This document shows positions 21,062 to 31,860 of a stretch of DNA of 64,000 nt, piece after piece. The stretch is from Histomonas meleagridis 2922-C6/04-290x (Eukaryota > Protista > Parabasalia): assembly GCA_020184695.1 (NCBI GenBank), contig JAANOX010000258.1, positions 496,001-560,000 on the forward strand, in the 5' to 3' direction. Positions within the stretch are counted from its first letter, which is position 1; each line of letters opens with the position of its first letter. Below the pieces are notes generated by a model. That model ran no database searches. It saw nothing but the letters and a program-made list of their open reading frames with translations, and was not told the origin of the DNA. A program made the translations under genes and the position numbers.

Positions 21062-21895
21062 ATGAACAAAAAGAACATTAACAAAGAAATCGCACAAGAA
21101 ACATTAGATGTTTTGAAAGTTGGTTTCTATACATCACCTAATGGTCAAGTCCAAAATATCAAAGACCAAATTGAATATTCTATTGCAAATTCTGTTCTTT
21201 ATGATCCTGAATATAAGTCGCAATTACCACAATGTCCCAATAGAGCAGGAATCATTCAAGTTACTCAGGAATCAACATTTCAAGCATGTTATCGTTTAAT
21301 CCGCGAAGAAAATAGAGACAATGTTGTATGTTTAAATTTTGCGGCTGCAAGAAATCCAGGAGGTGGCTTTCTTTCTGGGGCACAAGCTCAGGAAGAAATG
21401 CTTTGCCGAAGCTCTGCCTTGTATTCCACTCTCACGGTTCATCAAGAAATGTATAATTATAATCGAAAACAAAGTTTATTATATAGTGACTACATGATTT
21501 ATTCTCCTCGCGTTCCAGTGTTTCGAGAAGATAATGGCAAGTTTCTTAACGACCCATATCAAGTATCAATTATTACATCTCCAGCTGTTAACAATTGTGG
21601 GGTCTTTGAATTGAAAAATTCGAAGGAGGATGTTCACAGGGTTATGCTAGAAAGATGCCGAAAAATAATTCTTCGGGCAATTGATCATGATGAACATGTA
21701 ATCGTTTTGGGCGCTTTTGGCTGTGGAGTTTTTCGAAACAAAGCATCTGATGTTGCGGAGTATTTCAGATTCTTACTAGTTGATGAAGGTCTTGGGAAAT
21801 ACTTTGATTTGATTGTTCATCCAATTTATGGATCAAACAAATTAAATTATTCACAATTCGAAAAAGTCTACAAAGAAATTGCAGAATTTAAATAA
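21062..21895 (+). CDS. Bacterial-type poly(ADP-ribose) glycohydrolase / TIGR02452 (DUF2263) macrodomain protein
   Basis: LNFAAARNPGGGFLSGAQAQEEMLCRSSALY (GGG-x-QEE catalytic loop), IYSPRVPVFRED, IITSPAVN, VLGAFGCGVFRN. Confidence 0.9.
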   Translation: MNKKNINKEIAQETLDVLKVGFYTSPNGQVQNIKDQIEYSIANSVLYDPEYKSQLPQCPNRAGIIQVTQESTFQACYRLIREENRDNVVCLNFAAARNPGGGFLSGAQAQEEMLCRSSALYSTLTVHQEMYNYNRKQSLLYSDYMIYSPRVPVFREDNGKFLNDPYQVSIITSPAVNNCGVFELKNSKEDVHRVMLERCRKIILRAIDHDEHVIVLGAFGCGVFRNKASDVAEYFRFLLVDEGLGKYFDLIVHPIYGSNKLNYSQFEKVYKEIAEFK

Positions 21896-21915
21896 TTTCT
21901 AGATATTAGGTAAAC

Positions 21916-22843
<928 letters not shown>

Positions 22844-23264
22844 CTCTTTAAAATATGAACAGGAAAATTATAACATAGTTAATTGGTCAATTAAGATGTT
22901 AGTTTTTAAAAATTTTAACTATTGTTTCAATTTTTTAAAAATAATTTCATAAACATATATAAATAATTTCAAAAGTTTTGGGTTGAGATTCAAAGATAAA
23001 TGATTAGAATTCATTTGTGAGTTGTTGATTGGAGTATATTAATGAGAAAAACAACAAATCTTCTGGAATTGAAATTGTTTGGTATTAAAATGGATTATTT
23101 ATAATTAACAAATGAAACTAATAAAGCTATGTATAATTTTTTTTTAAAAGGATAGATATTGTGCTTTTTCTATAATATTTGTATTTAAATATAAAGATTT
23201 TGATAGTAATGATTCTTAAATGAACATTAAACATGTTTAATATTATCATCTAATTTCCCTGATA

Positions 23265-23902
23265 ATGAGATTAATAAACTAAAATTATTTACTAATAAAG
23301 AAACGCTTAAAGTATCTATTAGATTTACGAAATAATCAACTCATAGAACAAGCAGAATCATTCTACATCAGTTATCTCAAACAATCGCGTGAAAGAAGTC
23401 GGAGCTTGAATCTCTTAGATTAAGTCACTCTTCAACAGAACTCGAACAAAAAGGAAACAACGAAATATCAAGAATTTAGGTTGAACATCAACAATTAATC
23501 AATTCATTTCATAAGTCGAAATTCATCACAAATCTCAAAACGAAGGAATTGGACGACTATAACAAAGAAATTACAGAACGGAACGAAAAGCATCAAATGA
23601 ATCTGTGACGTTATCAAAGATAAATTTATGTAACCTTCAAAAGTCAACACGAAACGCAGGTAAGAAAAATTCTTAGAGATATATAGACTTTGAAAAGATC
23701 ATCAATTTCTTTGCATTCAGGAAAATCAGAAATTCGTTCACTTTTAAGAAAAACAAGTAAATTTAAAAATGAAAAACAAATGTTGTTAATGGATAAAAAA
23801 CTTCTTGATCAAGAAATACAACAAATAAATCTGGAAAATGAAAAAAATGAATTGGAAAAACCAAGTCAAATGATAAAAAATAATAAATTATTAGATGAAT
23901 AA
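23265..23902 (+). pseudogene. Decayed coiled-coil protein gene remnant
   Basis: E/K/Q-rich coding-like stretches broken by stops and frameshifts; the 70-aa ORF at 23690-23902 is the terminal piece. Confidence 0.35.
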
Positions 23903-25029
23903 GTATTATATGTAATTTATATTTGCAAATTGAATTGTATTCCTTTATAGATTCTGTTTTTATATATGAATGTATAATAAATTAATAGGAAACTATTTTT
24001 TCATAATGCAAAGAGATTTTTTTTTGTCCCTATATAATCTCGAATACTGGTGATAATAATAAAAAAATAAACCTATAGAAAACAATAATTACGTAAACCG
24101 ATACAATCTTTTTAGCATAGATTTCATGCATAGATTTCTATATCACTTTTTTTCAACTTCAAAATAAAGTGCATTCCTATATGAATTTATTTAAATAAAT
24201 GTTAAATCACTAAATAAATATCATTTTGAAACCATATTTGGCCATTTTTTTTGGCCAAAAATGAAATGAAAATGGTATAAAAAGTTATACTTGATTAATT
24301 GTTGGAAAAGTAGATTTTTTCATATATTTTAACTTTTTTTCTCAAAAAAATTTAGTAAAAAAATATTATCAAATAATAATTTACAAAATAAATATAACCA
24401 ATTTACAATATTACTATATAGGAAATATTTCAAGATTCCTAAAAATGTATGGTCGAAATTAGATAACATCTAAAAAGATTGAACACTCAACATTTCATAA
24501 TAACAATTTTTGTCATCTCCTTCCTATTACATTCTTAACTTAAAAATATTATTAACAAAAATATTGCTAGATTTGAAGTTGAGGATCTCTCAAAAAATAT
24601 TTTTATATTGAGAGGCATTTTTTTTACATGTAATTTTTGTCACTTTTAATCGATTGTAAAAGTGCTTTAAATTTTGGAAAAATTTCATTTGACGAAATAA
24701 TGACCCAATTTAACTTTGCTATCAAGAAAATGCTTTAAAAAGAAAATAAAATTTTCGAAATATCAAAATTTAATATTTATGCGTTATTCTTTAAATCATG
24801 AAAATTTTATTTTTTAAACGCCTTCTAACTAATTACATAAAGCTAATAAAAATTTTAGGCTGAAGATGAGATATTTTTCAATATGATTTATATGTTCGTA
24901 GAAAAGACCGTTAATTTGACATTTTTCTGGAGGTTTGTGTATGAATTTAACGTCTTAATAAACGTGTTTGTATAACTTTTTGAGAATCTTGACGATCAAA
25001 ATATACTTTTTCAATTTGCACGTGCAAGC

Positions 25030-25284
25030 ATGTCACGTTCAATTGATACTAATTCTCAAGAAGCCCAACAGATTGTTGAAAAGTCTATCAAATTGTTGAA
25101 CACGATGGTAGATCAAATATTTCCATTTGTTTTGAAGGAAATTAAAACTGTTGATCAATTACAAGATGGTAATATCAAGTCAAATATAATTCTTGTAACT
25201 AACTCATGTCCCGGAAGAGATTTTGAGTTCGAACTTGTTCTTAACTCATCAAATGCTCTTATTCAGCATAAGCAACTCAACTAA
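25030..25284 (+). CDS. Small hypothetical protein, possibly cystatin-fold
   Basis: IDTNSQEAQQIVEKSIKLLN...FVLKEIKTVDQLQDG follows cystatin helix/strand spacing with a degenerate QxVxG. Codon usage is gene-like within an AT-rich desert. Confidence 0.45.
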   Translation: MSRSIDTNSQEAQQIVEKSIKLLNTMVDQIFPFVLKEIKTVDQLQDGNIKSNIILVTNSCPGRDFEFELVLNSSNALIQHKQLN

Positions 25285-26440
25285 AGGCTTTTTGGCCTTA
25301 TTTTTTTTCCTTTGAGTTTTCTTTTAATTTTTATTCTAAAAAAATCACACACTGTAAGAAATGGTGTAAATCAAACATGTAGAACATCAATTAAAATCAA
25401 TTTTTCAGTGGAAAAAATTCCTCTAGTTCAAATTTAAGTTATTTTCTTCATTTGTCAAAACATATTTTTTTTTAATAAAAAACTCTTCTACGTTCAACGT
25501 TATTCACATTCACATTGTGTAATATTTTTATAATTCTTTTGGATTTCTTCTTAATGTTTGAAATGGATCAATTTTTTGAATGTTTCAGATATCTTTAGAA
25601 GAAAACAAATATTGTTGTTCTGTTATTACAATAAAAAGAATTCATTTTAGAAATCAAAAATCATCAAAATGGATAAAAAAAATGATGAAATTGATATAAA
25701 TGTAAGACATTTTTAACTTATTTATCATGTTTAATAATTTTATTTAGTGGATTTTTGTTAATAAAATATTTTATTCTTTTTCTTTTTCATTTACATTTAA
25801 TTTCCTTGAGATTCTATTCTTTAAGATGCTTAATTTTTTTATTTTTCTTATTCATAAAAACTTTTTTGACATATTTAATTCCAAAACATGTTCTATTAAT
25901 TTTCTTTTCATTAGTTGTAATTTCCTTTTCTCTTTTGAGTTATTCTTTATACTCTATTATTTACTAGGGCTTTTCATTTGGGACAAAAAAGAAACATTTT
26001 GGGGCAATAAATGGTCTTTTTAAATCATTAGTGAAATCTTGAGAAAAAAACTTTAAAGGTGATTTTTCTTATTTGATTTACAGTGACTGTCACTTTTGAA
26101 TAACTTATGTTTTAAAATGTTAATATCTCGTCTAAAATAGGATATTTTTTAGAAGCATTTAAACGTAAAGCATAACATTATTTTGCAACAACATATTTGG
26201 ATATAGAACATATGTTTATAAATAAAAAAATTGCTCCACTTAAAAAAATGACATTTTATTGAGAAAATTTTGTTGTTATATCAAGTGGACTTAACTTAAG
26301 TCATCTTAGTGCTAGTTTATTAAAAGTGTATTAGTGTTGATACGCCTTCTGCAAATTGTTTTATCATTTGAAAAAATTGGAATTAAAAAACAGAGAATTT
26401 ATAAAGTTCATTTATTGAGATTGACTAAAAAATAAATATT

Positions 26441-27258
26441 TCAGCTTATTTTATTTTGTGAAATTTCACTTTTGGCATTAATATCAATTTCTTTTTGTTC
26501 AATAATTTTAACGGTTTCAAAATGCCCATTTTCAGATGCTATCATAAGTGCTGTTTGAAATAATTAAAATAAATTCCAAATATTTAAAATAATTAGAAAA
26601 TTATTTAAAGAAATATCAAATAAAACAAATAAATAGTTTTTGCATTAATATCAACTTCTTTTTGTTCAAGAAGGATTTGAACAATTTCAATATGACCATT
26701 TTCAGATGCATACATAATAGCTGTTTTAAATAATTAAAATAAATTCCAAATATTTAAAATAATTAGAAAATTATTAAAATAAATTTTAAATAAAATAATT
26801 AAATATCTTTTGCATTAATATCAATTTCTTTTTGTTCAAGAAGGATTGTAACAATTTCAATATTTCCTGATTTACATGAGTATATTAATGCCTTTTTTGA
26901 AATCTGATTTTTTTGAATTAAATCATTAATTAAGAAAGTATTCCCATTTTCTGATATTTGATTAATGATATCTTTATTTATTTTCATTCCTTCTTTTTCT
27001 AAAAATTTAATAATTATTATGTTGTTTAATAAATTGAATTCCTAATTCAGTTAAATCTTTTGTTTCAATAATTTTTTTATCATAAAAATAATAAAAAATA
27101 TCATTTCGATGAAATTTAATTGCTGTTTCAAATACTTCTTCAAATAATGAATTATTTTGTTCACATAAATGAATAATTTCTAAATTTCCTCCTGCAATTG
27201 CATATTTTAATGTATTTTTTACATTTGCTCCAAGAAAAAAAAAATTAAAAAATGACAT
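26441..27258 (-). pseudogene. DUF3447/ankyrin-repeat gene (copy B) with two 80-nt inserts between ankyrin repeats
   Basis: TLKYAIAGGNLEIIHLCEQ and AIKFHRNDIF (DUF3447-like), a frameshift near 27007, then ALIYSCKSGNIEIV..DINAKD / KTAIMYASENGHIEIV..DINAKT / QTALMIASENGHFETV..DINAKS. Confidence 0.8.
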
Positions 27259-27549
27259 TTTTCAATACGCGTTGAAAATTATCTTCACGCGCCAGAATTC
27301 ACTAAATCGGTTTACGGCTATACACAATTCAAGAAAATGAAAATACCCAGCACAAAACATACGAATCATCTTCTTTTCTTATTTTTTATTTCACTATGAG
27401 CTAATAAAGAAAATTTCATTTGATTTAAAATAGGTAAAATCAATAAGAAAACTTCGAAATGTCGTTGAAGCTCACGGGGTGCCCCCAATGTTGCAAGCAA
27501 CTTTTTCAGTTCTTAATTCAGAATTCTGTGCGCACTCAAAAACCCACCA

Positions 27550-28617
27550 ATGACTAAAAAGGACCGTAAAACCTTTAAACCAGGCCGCATTATCCAAGGA
27601 TTCGAGATAATAGAGTTGGTTGGACAAGGTGGATTTGGCGATATTTATTACGTTGAAAAAATCGACGAACAAGGATCTAAATATGCAATGAAAGTTGAAT
27701 ACAAAGGCAGTAAGAAACAAGCACTCGAAAGAGAAAACGAATTTTTCCAGAATTTAAATAATTTACCATATTTTCCAAAGTATATCAAATATCAAGAAAC
27801 CAAACGACTCCGTTTCTTAGTCATGGAGTTACTAGGACCATCTATTACAGATGTACGAAAAGTTCTTATTGGCGAGCGTTATTCTATTTCATCAACATTA
27901 CGTCTGGGAATAGAAATGCTTCGAGCAATTCGTGGATTTCATTCGTTAGGATTTCTCCATCGCGATTTTAAGCCATCACAAGTACTTATTCGAGCATCAC
28001 GTGCATATCCTATTGCACTTATTGATTTTGGATTAAGTCGTCGATACCTCGACCAAAACACACAGAATTACATCGAACCCCGAGTTCAACCAGGCTTTGT
28101 TGGAACGGGTAAGTATGCCTCACTTAATGCGCATAAAGGGAAAGAACTTGGTCGCCGAGATGATTTATTTTGCTGGTTTTATTCACTTGTTGAAATAGGC
28201 TGTGGAAAGTTACCATGGCCATCAGTACGTAACAAAACGCAGATATATGAAATTAAGAAAGACGTTGACATTGTTAAATATTGTAATGATAACCAACTAC
28301 CACCACAATTTGGTACAATATATAACATAATACAGTCGTATAAACTTAGGGATGAACCTGATTATGATTTGATCATTTCATACCTTGTTGATGCGATGAA
28401 AAAGACAAACAGTAAATGGACAGATAAATATGAATGGGAAAACTTGCCGCCAAAACTATTAAAAACAATATCAGCAATTCCATTAAAGTCCAAAAATCCA
28501 AATGATGCGCCAATTATTCCGAAGAACCTTAAGAGAATTGGTTATGAGACAAAAGAAGATAAGAAAATACCAGAAAACGAAGCAGACGCTGGGTGTGCTG
28601 GTTGTTTGATCTATTAA
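27550..28617 (+). CDS. Casein kinase 1 family (CK1/TTBK-like) protein kinase
   Basis: GQGGFGDIY, AMKVE, LVMELLGPS, FLHRDFKPS, LIDFGLSRRY, GTGKYASLNAH, LGRRDDL. Confidence 0.95.
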   Translation: MTKKDRKTFKPGRIIQGFEIIELVGQGGFGDIYYVEKIDEQGSKYAMKVEYKGSKKQALERENEFFQNLNNLPYFPKYIKYQETKRLRFLVMELLGPSITDVRKVLIGERYSISSTLRLGIEMLRAIRGFHSLGFLHRDFKPSQVLIRASRAYPIALIDFGLSRRYLDQNTQNYIEPRVQPGFVGTGKYASLNAHKGKELGRRDDLFCWFYSLVEIGCGKLPWPSVRNKTQIYEIKKDVDIVKYCNDNQLPPQFGTIYNIIQSYKLRDEPDYDLIISYLVDAMKKTNSKWTDKYEWENLPPKLLKTISAIPLKSKNPNDAPIIPKNLKRIGYETKEDKKIPENEADAGCAGCLIY

Positions 28618-29291
28618 GTTGTCAAAAAGTTGTCTTACTTTCAATACAACGATAAAATTGCTGTCAAAAATTGAACTGTACATCGTAGCTTCAGAATTTT
28701 GAAATCAGTGATCGTGCTATCATTCAATTTAAACAGAAATAATTTCCATGATAAATGATCTGTTTTATGATAGATGCTTTAAAGTAGAGAACAATAAAAT
28801 CTAGAGAATAAATAATATCAACTATCGAAAAATATAAAAAAAGTGTTTTTATGAAGCAATTTTGATCTAATATCATATTTCCTTGAGGTTACTTCCATGA
28901 ATTCATGTCATTTCCTTGTAAAATTTATTTGGATGAAACCATATTTATACTTTAGAGAATAAATTTATAATAAAATTTAAGGTTTTGTTTTAATTCAAAA
29001 TTTATACATTTTTATTATAATCTGAAAATAAAAAAAATGATTTTCGAAAAAAAAATTTCAAATCAAAAATATAGTCAATAGAAATTATAGGAAATTTTTT
29101 GTGGAGTTGAATGATATCATTATAATCAAATAATATTAAATATTGGCTGATATCTATTTATAATTAATTAAATTAATCATTTTTAAGATTTTTTATTTAA
29201 TTATATTTAATTTTTAGTGAGATATTTTTATTTTAGAATCAAGTGTGTTCAGAACCACTTTTTCGAACGTTAATTTGCACTTTTTGTTCAG

Positions 29292-30092
29292 ATGGATATT
29301 GAAACTCTTCAAGCACAATTACAATCTGCTCAATCCGAGATTTCACAAAAAGAGCAAAAAATTGCAAAGCTCAAGGGATTACTCACACGTTCAATGAGGT
29401 CTGATAAACGTCGTGAACAAGAAATTGAAACTCTTCATATTGATTTAGCAGACAGAGAAAAAAATGTAAATTCTCTTACCGAAGAGCTAGAAAGTAATCG
29501 CGCATTTTCTCAAAAGCAAACAGAGAGAATTGCCAAGCTAGAAGAAGAACTTGCTGATTTAACAAATCGTTTGCACTCGGGAATTGGAAGTGAAGCAACG
29601 CAGAGGCACAATGAACGTATGAAGAAGATGCTTGAGAAGTCAAATATGTTATATGCAGAACTCCAAGAAAAGTATCAAAAATTGTCCATCAAATATGAAG
29701 AAGAGAAAGCCAAAAACTGCCGAGTTTCAAATCCCCAAAAAGCCATTATTTTATCTAACGCCGAAGTTTTTATTTTAAATGATGATGGAACTTATACAAT
29801 CAGTAAGAAAAATGATAAATATCCACCATCAGTCACTGTATATGATTTCCGTAATGACAGGAAGGCAAAAGAACAGAAAAAGGAACAAAATGACCAAAAT
29901 ATTCTCAAAGCATATTTGAAAAGGATTCTTCTGGAGTTTTTTATATGCGATACTTCAACGCAAACAAACTTGATTTCTGTGATTCTCCAGCTTCTGGAAT
30001 GCTCTCCTGAGCAAATATCTGCTGCTCAAAGAAGTTTTGCTGAGGGAAGGCAAATCATCTCCAAGGCCCCGACAATGTTTGGAAGCAAATGA
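29292..30092 (+). CDS. Coiled-coil protein with C-terminal GRIP domain (golgin-like)
   Basis: Long heptad region plus YLKRILLEFF...LISVILQLLECSPEQ, matching the GRIP consensus. Confidence 0.75.
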   Translation: MDIETLQAQLQSAQSEISQKEQKIAKLKGLLTRSMRSDKRREQEIETLHIDLADREKNVNSLTEELESNRAFSQKQTERIAKLEEELADLTNRLHSGIGSEATQRHNERMKKMLEKSNMLYAELQEKYQKLSIKYEEEKAKNCRVSNPQKAIILSNAEVFILNDDGTYTISKKNDKYPPSVTVYDFRNDRKAKEQKKEQNDQNILKAYLKRILLEFFICDTSTQTNLISVILQLLECSPEQISAAQRSFAEGRQIISKAPTMFGSK

Positions 30093-30584
30093 ATATATTT
30101 CTATGTTATATATAATAAAAGTGGTTTTAATGATCAAAAATTCTGAATTATATTGGTGTTATATCATATTTATGCAATCAAATACATCAGCAAAACGATT
30201 AGGCAAATGTATGCTTTAATATTTTATAAATTTTTTTTTATTATGTATTACAAAATGCAAACAAAAATTTGAAAGTTTGAACTTTAAAAGGGAAATATAA
30301 TAAAAATACATGTAATGAAATTTCCATTTTGATTTATAAAAAATGAGAATAGAAATATTCATTTTTGAATCCAATTTGAGCTGGGATCGAAGTGATGCAA
30401 ATGAATTTCTAATGAAAATGATACATCAAGCATTGTTTGAATTGATTATGATCGTTTCGTTTAATTTTCAGATTATGTCAAAAGGTTCGATTCCTATGAG
30501 AATTACAATATAAAACTGCTTAAAGTACTTTTTGAAGACTAAATCCAATTATGGCGAAGTTTTCTTATTTGCGCAAATAAGACA

Positions 30585-31382
30585 ATGCAACAAAATCCGC
30601 TCAAAATAAACTCTCATCATATACAACGACCTCAGATTATTTCTCAAGTGAATTTTCAAGAGACATATAATAAACAAAGAATATATCTCAAAAACTCCAA
30701 AATTATACAAAAACCATCAATAACGCCACTTAAAAATTATCCAGAAGAAACACAGCAAGAAATTTTTACAGGAAACACACATATTTTACAAACACAAATT
30801 TTGCCGCCAAATCAATGCCAAAATGCACAATTACAGCAAAGAATGTACCAAGGAGAATGTCATTTTATACAAAGTCCACTGGTTATTACACAACAACCAT
30901 ATATTAACACGACGGTCCAATATTCAGAAACAGAAGAATTAGAGAGCATTATTGGATACACATTCACAGACAAAAGTCACCTCTTGCGTGCGTTGACTTC
31001 TAGATCATTTGATCAAAAATCAAATTATGAGATTTATGAATTTTTCGGAGATTCAATTCTAGGTCTCATAGCGACTGAATTTGTGGTATATAATTTCCCG
31101 AGTCTCAAAGAATCAGAGTTAGCAAACTTACAACAGCATTTAGTACAAAATTCAACATTATCACAATTTTCACGCTGGATGAACCTCAAAAGATTTATAA
31201 GACACGCAAATATCAATGAGCTTGGTGAAGCGTCTAAAGTGTGGGCAGATATTTTCGAAGCACTTGTTGCAGCAATTTATCTCGATGGCGGTTATAATGC
31301 ATCAAAAAATTTTGTTTTAAGGTTCTTTAGTATGTATCTTGATGCTTTGGATGAAAATAAGCTCAAGGAAATTTTTCAATGA
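30585..31382 (+). CDS. Single-domain RNase III protein with Q-rich N-terminus, no dsRBD
   Basis: LESIIGYTF..L.ALT, YEIYEFFGDSILGL (signature), WADIFEALVAAIYLDGG. Confidence 0.92.
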   Translation: MQQNPLKINSHHIQRPQIISQVNFQETYNKQRIYLKNSKIIQKPSITPLKNYPEETQQEIFTGNTHILQTQILPPNQCQNAQLQQRMYQGECHFIQSPLVITQQPYINTTVQYSETEELESIIGYTFTDKSHLLRALTSRSFDQKSNYEIYEFFGDSILGLIATEFVVYNFPSLKESELANLQQHLVQNSTLSQFSRWMNLKRFIRHANINELGEASKVWADIFEALVAAIYLDGGYNASKNFVLRFFSMYLDALDENKLKEIFQ

Positions 31383-31860
31383 ATAATTTGAATTTATTTT
31401 GCGAAATAAAAATTATAAAAAATCGTTTTATTTTTGTAAAAATAAATTGTTTCTCTTGTTTTGTAATGTTAACTGGAGTCTAATTTTATCATTCACAAAA
31501 ATTTCTCTTCCAATAAAAGCACAGACAGAAATATGGCAGTTTTTGCATTTCAGATGTTTACTTCCATATAACCAAATATTTATTAAGAGAAACAACAAAA
31601 AAACGACGATAACAATGTATTATTAATCTAAAAATAAACAATTAACATTTAGATTGCGAAATTAAATATGATTAGATGAAAATGTTCATCAACACATGTA
31701 TTTAAATGTTCTATCTAAAACAATATTTTGATAATAAAAAAAATTATTTATTCATTAAATTTGGATAGAATTTAATATTGTTTTTATTAGGAAAATATTT
31801 GGAATATATAATTAAATATATTTGATACCAATCGATTGTGATCGCAAAGGACGTCCTTTT

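Noticed and set aside
26555-26804. U12-type (AT-AC) or canonical trichomonad introns as the explanation for the ankyrin inserts
   Set aside because: No ATATCCTT 5' site, no TCCTTAAC branch, no AC end, no GT-AG pair and no ACTAACACACAG motif.
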